Assembly: GCA_963977015.1 (NCBI GenBank)
Contig: CAXBMO010000009.1
Span: 160,001 to 224,000, forward strand
Direction: 5' to 3'
Length of the DNA: 64,000 bases
Origin: an uncultured bacterium
Lineage (GTDB): Bacteria > Verrucomicrobiota > Verrucomicrobiia > Verrucomicrobiales > DEV007
Shown in pieces: positions 56,738 to 64,000 of the stretch. Numbering within the stretch: position 1 is the stretch's first letter; the number at the start of each line of letters is the position of its first letter. The notes below the pieces were generated by a model, which did no database searches, had not been told where the DNA came from, and worked only from the letters and a program-made list of their open reading frames with translations. The position numbers and the translations under genes were made by a program.

Positions 56738-58705
56738 TTAATTCAGGGATTGAAAGACGATGACGATGACCCCGATGGTGAGGGAGATGGCGGTGAGAAG
56801 GGAAAGGGTGCCAATGCCGGCCCAAACGAGACGCTGCTTCTTGAGGACCTTGTTGAGGGAAGAGACTTTGGGCGCTTGTTTGGCGCGACCGATGGAGATG
56901 GCCATCTGAAACTGGGAGAGCACAATGGAGAAGAGGATGATGGCGAGGACGCCAAGAAAGCTGCCGAAGCCAATAATGGGGGCTTCTTCTTCCTGAACTC
57001 CGCCCAAAATCATCACGGTAGCCCCCAAGGCAAAGAAGCCCGAAACGAGGAGGCCGACGATACCGAGGATGACGACAAAGGGCTGAAATTTGCTAAACTC
57101 GCGAACGAGGCCCATGAACTCGGGTTCTTGCTCGAGCCGTAGCTCTTCTTCGCGAAGAATGGCGGCTTCTTCTTCCTGCTGTTTGGCGAGGGCCCCCTCC
57201 TCTGCTTTCTTTTTCGCAAGGCGAGCTTCCTCCTCTGCCTTCTTCTTGGCGAGTTTTTCTTCCTCGGCGGCTTTTTTCCGGGCCTGACGCTCTTCTTCTT
57301 CGGCTTTCTTTTTGGCGAGACGCTCTTCTTCCCTGGCTTTTCGCTCCTCTTCTTCCGCTTTTTTCCTGGCGAGGCGTTCTTCCTCCTCTTGTTGCTTCTT
57401 CGCTAAAGCTTCGGCCGCTGTTTCATCGTCGTCATCATCATCGGGCAGCGGTTGGCGGACGGGTTCACGCTCCTCGGGCAGGGACGGCGGCGTAATGGCT
57501 TTGGCCCCGCTTTGACGCTTGGGATCGATGAGGATGGTGCCGCCGGGTTCGGCATCCTGGGCAATCTTGGCAGACTCGCTTCCTTCCTTGCGGAGGATGA
57601 CACCGTCTTCATCCATTTCCGTGGCGACTTTGTCAGCTTTGGCCTCGGCTATTTTGGCGGAGGCGGCTTCCAGTTGGCGGGCGACGTTCTGTTTGGTGGC
57701 AGTCCAGGCGGAGGCGCCAAATTTGAGTCCCTTGCCAATGGCTTCACCAATTCCGGCGCCAACCGCCGCAGGGTCTTTGGACTCCGGGGAGTCAGCCACG
57801 ACGTGCTCAAAAAGTCCCCGCCACTCGGCAACGGTCCGCGGGCGTTTGTCTTCGTCGACTTCAAGCGCGCGGTCGATCGCACGAAGGAAGGCCAGCTCGG
57901 CGCGATCCGGGTTCTTGATGATTTTGGCGAGTTTCTCGACCGGGTCGGGTTTCTTCTTCAACCGCGCGTTGGCGCGTTGGCTGGAATCGGTTGGTTTTTC
58001 GCCGAGTAGGCAGCGATAGCAAACCGCGCCGAGGGCATAGAGGTCCGTCCAGGGCCCCTGAAGCTGAGGATCACCCGAGTATTGCTCAAACGGAGCGTAT
58101 CCAGGGGTGACGATGCTGGTCACGGAGCGGCTTTTTTCGGCAATGCCCTGCCGGGCAGCGCCAAAGTCGAGCAAAATGGGCACGCCCTTCTCCGTAATGA
58201 TGATGTTGTCGGGCTTGATGTCGCGGTGCAGGACGTCATTGCGATGCACTTCCTCAAGACCATTGGCCAACTGGAGGATGATCTCGCGCACGTCCTCCAA
58301 CGGAAGGCGATCTCGCTCAGACTTGCTGAGACGCTTGCCCAAATCGTCGCCTTCCACGTATTCCATGACGCAGTAGACGGTCTCATTGGCCTGAATGACG
58401 CGATGAACGCCGACAATGTTGGGGTGTTTGAACTTGGCCAAGGTCCGCGCCTCTTCGATAAAGGCGTCTCGCGCCCACTCGAACTCGTCTTTGTGACCGA
58501 TGGTGATGGGAATGACGGTGCAACCGGTCCCCCGCATCGCGATCCCGTCAGGCAGCAACTCCTTGATGGCAACCTTCAGCCCAAGGTCGATATCCTGAGC
58601 GAGATAGGTGATGCCAAAGCCGCCTTTGCCCAGAACTTTGAGAATTTGATACCCCTCAATCCGAAATTCGGCGGGCAAGGAGATCTGGTCCTGAGGGTTA
58701 TCCAT
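56738..58705 (-). CDS. Ser/Thr kinase K6: kinase, charged helical repeat and 3-TM DUF5362-like C-terminus
   Basis: GKGGFGITY, VAIKE, HRDIKPDN, DFG, YAPFEQ. EEERLAKKKAE repeats and three C-terminal TMs. Confidence 0.92.
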   Translation of the reverse strand: MDNPQDQISLPAEFRIEGYQILKVLGKGGFGITYLAQDIDLGLKVAIKELLPDGIAMRGTGCTVIPITIGHKDEFEWARDAFIEEARTLAKFKHPNIVGVHRVIQANETVYCVMEYVEGDDLGKRLSKSERDRLPLEDVREIILQLANGLEEVHRNDVLHRDIKPDNIIITEKGVPILLDFGAARQGIAEKSRSVTSIVTPGYAPFEQYSGDPQLQGPWTDLYALGAVCYRCLLGEKPTDSSQRANARLKKKPDPVEKLAKIIKNPDRAELAFLRAIDRALEVDEDKRPRTVAEWRGLFEHVVADSPESKDPAAVGAGIGEAIGKGLKFGASAWTATKQNVARQLEAASAKIAEAKADKVATEMDEDGVILRKEGSESAKIAQDAEPGGTILIDPKRQSGAKAITPPSLPEEREPVRQPLPDDDDDDETAAEALAKKQQEEEERLARKKAEEEERKAREEERLAKKKAEEEERQARKKAAEEEKLAKKKAEEEARLAKKKAEEGALAKQQEEEAAILREEELRLEQEPEFMGLVREFSKFQPFVVILGIVGLLVSGFFALGATVMILGGVQEEEAPIIGFGSFLGVLAIILFSIVLSQFQMAISIGRAKQAPKVSSLNKVLKKQRLVWAGIGTLSLLTAISLTIGVIVIVFQSLN

Positions 58706-58933
58706 CGCAAAATCTAAAAATCATCACGGGCTGAAGGAAATTTCGCAGGTTGGGCAAGAATTCTAGAGTCGAGTCCCATCCTTTCAAGGAAACCTCCGTC
58801 CCCTCCGTTCTAATAAAGCCCGGAAAGAATGCAAAGGTGATTTTTATAAATTTATTGGAACGAGAGGCGGGATTTCCCGATCCTGCAGGGATGATGCGAG
58901 AGATCTTGCTGGAAAAGGCCAAAATCTACTTCC

Positions 58934-59938
58934 ATGCTGCTCTTCATGAGAAAAGCCTCCTTTCCCGCTCTTGCCTTTTGCATCGCCGCCTTCGCGGTGT
59001 TTGCCGCTTTTGCCCTAAATTCCTGCTCGAATTCTCAAGCAGAATCGACCGCAAAGAAGACCAGGATTGTCCTGATTGCAGGGAAGCCCAGTCATCCTTC
59101 GGGACAGCATGAGTTCAATGCCGGTGCCGTGATTCTGGCGCGTGCGCTGAACGAGCAAAGTGGATTGCCCGTAGAGGTGGATGTGGTCCACAATGGGTGG
59201 CCCGAGGATGAGTCCGTTTTTGATGGAGCGAGCGCGGTGGTGATCTATTCGGATGGCAATTCCAGGCACCCCGTCAATGGACATGAGGAGAAGATGGACG
59301 CGATGATCGATGCCGGGATCGGCCTCATGTGCATGCACTACGGGGTGGAAGTTCCGGCCGGCAAACAAGGCGAATACTTTAAGAAATGGATCGGGGGTCA
59401 CTATGAAGCCGGCTTTTCCTGCAATCCGCACTGGACCGCACCGTTGGCAGCCGATTCCAAACATCCGATTTCTCAGGGGGTGCCAGCCTTTTCGGCCAAC
59501 GATGAGTTTTACTACAACATGCGATTTGCCGAGCCCAAAACGGCCAAGGATGTCATCACTTCCACCCCCACGCGAGAAAAGATCAATCGCTACATCCATT
59601 GGACCCCGGCTGGCGAGAAAGCCCTTGGAACGAAGCAAACCCTCATGTGGGCGATCGAGCGCTCCGACGGTGGGCGCGGTGTCGGCTTTACCGGCGGACA
59701 CTGGCACCGAAACTGGGCGATCGACGATTTTCGGCGCGCGGTGTTAAACGCGATCGTGTGGACCGCGAAGCTTGATGTGCCTGAGGGCGGTGTTCAATCC
59801 GAGGCGGTCACCGCGGCCCAGCTCAATGAGAATCTGGACCCGAAGAAGCCGATGGAAGTCATCGCACTTCCCAGTGCAGCCGATCTCAATCAGCCAGCGG
59901 CAAGCCCGATCGATTTCCGGTGGCCGGGCAAAAAATAG
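58934..59938 (+). CDS. ThuA-like (trehalose utilisation) domain exported protein or lipoprotein
   Basis: IVLIAGKPSH..HEF, HYGVE, DEFYY, GGRGVGFTGGHWH.NW. Confidence 0.85.
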   Translation: MLLFMRKASFPALAFCIAAFAVFAAFALNSCSNSQAESTAKKTRIVLIAGKPSHPSGQHEFNAGAVILARALNEQSGLPVEVDVVHNGWPEDESVFDGASAVVIYSDGNSRHPVNGHEEKMDAMIDAGIGLMCMHYGVEVPAGKQGEYFKKWIGGHYEAGFSCNPHWTAPLAADSKHPISQGVPAFSANDEFYYNMRFAEPKTAKDVITSTPTREKINRYIHWTPAGEKALGTKQTLMWAIERSDGGRGVGFTGGHWHRNWAIDDFRRAVLNAIVWTAKLDVPEGGVQSEAVTAAQLNENLDPKKPMEVIALPSAADLNQPAASPIDFRWPGKK

Positions 59939-59980
59939 CGTTCGTCCGCCTTTCGCCCTCTCGTATTGTCGCCCCCCCTG

Positions 59981-60337
59981 TTACGGCTTTCCAACGCCTG
60001 AGAGGAACTCGTAGTAGTCTGGATTCAAATCCTTGAGTGGCTCTTTCAGCTTCTCAAGTTCAGCCGTAGGTCCGTGCACTTCGACTCGCACCAAATCGGA
60101 AACCTGAAGCGCTTGACCAATGACTGCCTCGACGTTGCCAAGGTGTGTCAGTAACCCTTCAGCTCCGTCGTAGGCTTCCCGGCAATGAACCACGTCGCCA
60201 CAAACGGTGAAGTCATACCAATGGCATTTCTCCTCAGTGCTCGTTGCTGCGATGAACTTGGGAATGAGTTGCTTGAATGCTTCAAGCTTCCCTTCGTGGG
60301 TTTTGAAATAGGGGTGAATGCTGACAACGTTGCTCAT
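59981..60337 (-). CDS. Small ferredoxin-like/ABM-fold (putative monooxygenase-like) protein
   Basis: VSIHPYFK..CREAY..LLTHL..EVHGP. Start re-assigned to ATG 60337. Confidence 0.7.
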   Translation of the reverse strand: MSNVVSIHPYFKTHEGKLEAFKQLIPKFIAATSTEEKCHWYDFTVCGDVVHCREAYDGAEGLLTHLGNVEAVIGQALQVSDLVRVEVHGPTAELEKLKEPLKDLNPDYYEFLSGVGKP

Positions 60338-60414
60338 GCAACTTCCTTTGAACGTGAACCAAGCCGAGGTCAAGAATGGTTCCCAAGATCAGCGACCTTT
60401 TGCTGGTTCCCGCG

Positions 60415-61440
60415 TTACTCCTTTACCACCCGGAATCCGGTGTAAACCGATGCGTCCTTTGCCTCGGCAAAGGTCCGAATGGAGCTCCTGACGGCGGCAG
60501 GCGCGCAAGTCCACGCCCCACCCCGAACGGAACGCCAATCCCCGTATTCATGTTGCGCCGTCTTCTCTTCAAAGAGTGGATCCGTAACAACGACGTCTTT
60601 GCGCTCGGTGCGTTTGACGCCCTCGAAATAGGTATCGTAGAGATCGCCTTTCCAGCGGTCCTCGCACCATTCCCAAACATTGCCGTGCATATCGTGCAAC
60701 TTCCAGGGGTTCGGCAGATAGCTGGCGACTTTAGCCGTCAGGGCAACGCCGTCACCTTCATCCGCGCCAAGCCGGAGCGCCCGTTGGAACTGGGTGGTCT
60801 TCGGAAACCGGGATTCCAAGGCACCATCGGCAACATTGCCATGTTTGTAGGCATCATCGGGTTGCTCGCCCCAGGAATACCAGGTTTCGGTGCCTGCGCG
60901 ACAAGCGTATTCCCACTCAGCCTCGGTTGGAAGACGATAGTTTTTCCCCTCCTTTTTGCTCAACCAAGCGCAGAACGCCTTGGCGTCCTCCCAACTCACA
61001 CAAACCACGGGATGATCGCCCGTTTGCTCAAAACCCGGTGACTTCCAAGTGACACCCGGCTCCAAATGAAAGCGGTCCACATAGTCTTTTTCATCCGGAA
61101 ACCAGCCCAATGCCCCTTTCCCGGATTTTTCCGCAGTGGTGACATAACCAGAATCCTCGACAAAGGCCTTGAACTGGCTCACCGTCACCTCCGTCTTCGC
61201 AATCGAAAACGGATTGGAAATCTTCACCCGATGTTGAGGCGTTTCTCGCCCCGTGTTCTGGGACAGGCTGTAGAGATGAACGAGCGCAAAGTGATGGGCC
61301 TCATTGCCGTCAACAAATCCCCGCACATATTCCCCGGGTTCGATTGGCACAAATTCCATGCCGATGGAATTGGGCTCAGCAAGAACGGTAGCCTGGATTC
61401 CAAGCAGACTGGCGAAAACAAAATGGAGAACTGCGCGCAT
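60415..61440 (-). CDS. Formylglycine-generating enzyme (FGE-sulfatase/SUMF1) domain protein, exported
   Basis: TEVT, HPVVCVSWEDA, YRLPTEAEWEYACR, DMHGNVWEW, GFR. Confidence 0.92.
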   Translation of the reverse strand: MRAVLHFVFASLLGIQATVLAEPNSIGMEFVPIEPGEYVRGFVDGNEAHHFALVHLYSLSQNTGRETPQHRVKISNPFSIAKTEVTVSQFKAFVEDSGYVTTAEKSGKGALGWFPDEKDYVDRFHLEPGVTWKSPGFEQTGDHPVVCVSWEDAKAFCAWLSKKEGKNYRLPTEAEWEYACRAGTETWYSWGEQPDDAYKHGNVADGALESRFPKTTQFQRALRLGADEGDGVALTAKVASYLPNPWKLHDMHGNVWEWCEDRWKGDLYDTYFEGVKRTERKDVVVTDPLFEEKTAQHEYGDWRSVRGGAWTCAPAAVRSSIRTFAEAKDASVYTGFRVVKE

Positions 61441-61446
61441 CTGCTC

Positions 61447-62766
61447 TTATCCCACCAGTTCACGAATCACGCCGCGGCTATCCTGAAATGAATCGCCGGT
61501 CTCAACCCCCATCTTCTCCACCATCGTTTGCCAGAGGGAAGAGAGCGGGGTGTTTTCTCTGAGTTGGACGTGGGTTTGGTGCTTGATGCCCAAACCGCTT
61601 CCTCCGGAGAGCACGGTGGGCAGGTTGGTCTTGCTGTGACCAATTCCCATGCCGCTGGAGAACCCGAGCATGGTATGATCCAGCAGCGTTCCGTCGCCAT
61701 CCTTGACCGAAGCAAGGCGATTGAGGAAGTGATTCCAATGCTTCATATAGATGGTGTCGACTTTGGCCAACTCCTCCAGGTTCTTCGGATCGTTTCCGTG
61801 GTGGGTCAGCGAATGATAGCCTTTGGAAACCCCAAATTCCGGATACACACCGCCGGCTAATTCCGTGCGAACGACGTAGCTGATAACGCGGGTCGAATCC
61901 GACTGGAAGGCAAGCGCGATCAGATCATACATCAGCTTCGCGTAGTCATCGTAAATGAACTTCCCATTCCCTTCAGGAGAAATTGCGGAATCATAATCGC
62001 CGTAGCCGTTCAGGTTGGGTTCGGGCTTCGGCTTATCAGACCAAGCGATTTCACGTTCCAAGCCCTTCTCCACTTCGCGAACGGAATTGAAGTACTGATC
62101 CAGCTGTTCGCGGTCTGCTTTTCCCAATCTCCCTTCCAACTGCCTGGCGTCCCCCATCACCGCGTCCAACACGCTTCCACGCTGACGAAATTCATGTTTC
62201 TGCGCGGCCTGCTGTTCCTCGCTGTTTGGCCGAAAGAGTCGATTGAAGATCGTCTTGGGATCGTTTTCCGCCGCCAGCGGGACTCCCTGTCCGTTCCAGG
62301 AAATGGTCGCCAAGGCCTGGCTTCCAAATCCGGTTCCGCGTTTCACCGAAAACTGGAGGGACGGAAAACGCGTTTCTACCCCGTGAAGCTCAGCCGCCAA
62401 TTGATCGGGAGACATGATCTGCTTGGCACCGCGCTCGATTGACGTGGAGAAGGGATACGCGCCTTCGTGTCCCCCACCCTTTTCCAGGCAGGTTCCCGAA
62501 AGCACCGTGAAATTCCCACGCTGTTGTTCCAACGGCTTCAGGATTCGCGACATCTTCGCATCAATCCCAACACCCTCCGGATAAAACTGGCGCATGTTCA
62601 TGCCGGTTCCGAAGTAAAACATCCCCATCCGCGGCGTGACGTTGGGTGACGAAGCAGCCCGCAGGCCTGTCGGCATCATGGCTTCCAGAAACGGCAAGGC
62701 CAGAGTTGCCCCCGCGCCACGAAGGAAGGTTCGGCGGGGAAGCGGTGAACGAGTTTGGATGTTCAT
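61447..62766 (-). CDS. DUF1552 family protein with Tat-like signal
   Basis: RRTFLRGAG..LALPFLEAM, SPDQ, SVLDAV, LDQYFNSVREVE, LAFQSDSTR, DGTLLD. Confidence 0.9.
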   Translation of the reverse strand: MNIQTRSPLPRRTFLRGAGATLALPFLEAMMPTGLRAASSPNVTPRMGMFYFGTGMNMRQFYPEGVGIDAKMSRILKPLEQQRGNFTVLSGTCLEKGGGHEGAYPFSTSIERGAKQIMSPDQLAAELHGVETRFPSLQFSVKRGTGFGSQALATISWNGQGVPLAAENDPKTIFNRLFRPNSEEQQAAQKHEFRQRGSVLDAVMGDARQLEGRLGKADREQLDQYFNSVREVEKGLEREIAWSDKPKPEPNLNGYGDYDSAISPEGNGKFIYDDYAKLMYDLIALAFQSDSTRVISYVVRTELAGGVYPEFGVSKGYHSLTHHGNDPKNLEELAKVDTIYMKHWNHFLNRLASVKDGDGTLLDHTMLGFSSGMGIGHSKTNLPTVLSGGSGLGIKHQTHVQLRENTPLSSLWQTMVEKMGVETGDSFQDSRGVIRELVG

Positions 62767-62789
62767 GGGATTGAGATTGAACGATGTGG

Positions 62790-64000
62790 TTATTTCTCGA
62801 GAAATTGCGGACTCGCGACGAGGCTCTTGATCAAGGCTTGAAAGGTGTCGCCATCCTGTTTCATGGAATTGACGGCCGTGCTGAGCGTGGAATCGTCAGT
62901 TGGCTCCGTGGGGCGTCCCAACGCGAAAACAAGGACCTTTTCCGCCAAGCCCCGGCGAAACCGATCACTCTGGTCGTAGAGCAAGGCCTTGAACTCCTCA
63001 AAGGAAGTGAACGTTTCCCCGTTGGGAAGTTTGCCGCTTGGATCAATGGGCGGCGTATTTGAGCCGCGGAAATTTTCCCCGTCCTGCTGTTCGCGCCAGG
63101 AACCTATCACATTGAAGTTCTCCAACGCGAGGCCATAAGGGTCGAGCGAACGGTGACAGGCCGCGCAGGTTTCGATCTCCTGATGCTGGATCAATCGCTC
63201 CCGCACGGTAAGTTTTTTGCCCTGTATGTTGGGCTCCACCTCGCCCGCGTTTGGTGGCGGCGGATCTGGCGGATCATTGAAAAGGACTTCGCGCACGTAA
63301 ACGGCACGGGAAACCGGTTTGGTGCGAATTCCGTCCGCGCCAGCCAGATGCACGCCCATCATTCCCAGCAATCCGCCACGCGGAGAGTCCGCCGGGAGCG
63401 CAACCGGTCTGAAGTGGTCGCCGTCCACGCCCTCGATTTGGTAGTGCCTCGCCAAACGCTTGTTCACGACGGCAAATTCCGAATCGATAAAGTTCAGCAC
63501 GCTCTTCTTTTCCTTCAGCAAAACGCGGAAAAACTCGAGCGGTTCCTGAACCGCAGCCTTCCCAAGCGTGTAGTCGTAATCTCGGTAAACACGTTCGTTG
63601 GGCTCGAAGGCTGAAAACGTATCGGTCCGTAGCCATTGAGCGCCGAATCCTTCCACAAAGCGATCGAACTTCGGATCTTCAAGCATGCGATCGATCTGAT
63701 CCTGCAGCGCCCCGGGATTGCGAAGTTTGCCTGCCTCGGCCAAATCGAACAAGTCGTCATCAGGCATCGAATTCCAGAGGAAATACGACAACCGCGATGC
63801 CAGCTCAAAATCATTCAAAGGCCGCTTCTCCGTCTTTGCCGACGGCTCAACGATGTAGAGAAACTTCGGCGACGTGAGAGCAACGGTGAGACCAACACGA
63901 ATGGCGTCGTTGAAATCCTGACCGTTTTCCAATTCGGTTTTGACCACGGACACGATGGGATCGACCTCGGTGGAGGAGATGGGGCGACGCCAGGCTTTCG
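62790..64000 (-). CDS. DUF1592/DUF1588/DUF1585 domain protein (5' end outside the window)
   Basis: ELASRLSYFLWNSMPDD, RGGLLG, PPDPPP, CAACH, YGLALENF. Confidence 0.9.
   Translation of the reverse strand, partial: KAWRRPISSTEVDPIVSVVKTELENGQDFNDAIRVGLTVALTSPKFLYIVEPSAKTEKRPLNDFELASRLSYFLWNSMPDDDLFDLAEAGKLRNPGALQDQIDRMLEDPKFDRFVEGFGAQWLRTDTFSAFEPNERVYRDYDYTLGKAAVQEPLEFFRVLLKEKKSVLNFIDSEFAVVNKRLARHYQIEGVDGDHFRPVALPADSPRGGLLGMMGVHLAGADGIRTKPVSRAVYVREVLFNDPPDPPPPNAGEVEPNIQGKKLTVRERLIQHQEIETCAACHRSLDPYGLALENFNVIGSWREQQDGENFRGSNTPPIDPSGKLPNGETFTSFEEFKALLYDQSDRFRRGLAEKVLVFALGRPTEPTDDSTLSTAVNSMKQDGDTFQALIKSLVASPQFLEK

Noticed and set aside
56231-57142. 303-aa acidic plus-strand ORF
   Set aside because: Its D/E/G richness is the expected complement of the hydrophobic TM codons of the minus-strand genes.
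23439-58705. Type VI secretion system locus
   Set aside because: Only regulator-like parts are present. No Hcp, VgrG, sheath, baseplate, TssLM or ClpV sequence is recognisable in the window.
60415-61440. FGE-sulfatase protein as a TagR equivalent of the kinase island
   Set aside because: It lies immediately downstream of the DUF1592-DUF1552 genes, is separated from the island by unrelated genes, and belongs to a family that is abundant in PVC genomes.

Overview
Bacterial DNA, very probably PVC superphylum (Verrucomicrobiota-like). This is inferred from the DUF1501, DUF1552 and DUF1592/1588/1585 genes and the general gene style. The flanks (1-23.4 kb and 58.9-64 kb) hold ordinary genes: a sensor kinase, a TPR protein, a GT4 glycosyltransferase, moeB/moeZ, an HtrA protease, TolC, an M23 peptidase, fur, argH, ddpX, ThuA and an FGE-sulfatase protein. 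There is also a small SRP RNA at about 18.5 kb with a UGAC tetraloop. The centre (about 23.4-58.7 kb, 21 consecutive genes) is a dense phospho-threonine signalling island. It has six Hanks-type kinase-fold proteins: four with intact catalytic motifs and two pseudokinases, one fused to a degenerate FHA and one to a TIR-like domain. It also has two PP2C phosphatases and seven FHA-containing proteins, including two signal peptide-trypsin-TM-FHA proteases, a vWA-TM-FHA protein, a GarA-like FHA protein with repeated T-x-x-I/V motifs, and an Rv1747-like FHA-FHA-ABC transporter. The remaining island genes are a MotA/ExbB channel with an ExbD-like-TM-vWA partner, two coiled-coil lipoproteins, and a membrane-anchored STAND NTPase with a beta-propeller coupled to a large secreted protein. 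No T6SS structural genes, integrase, transposase, tRNA or CRISPR array were seen. The best candidate for an undescribed system is this trans-envelope kinase/FHA/protease/proton-motor module together with its NLR/TIR conflict-type arm. All domain calls come from reading motifs by eye and were not confirmed by database search.
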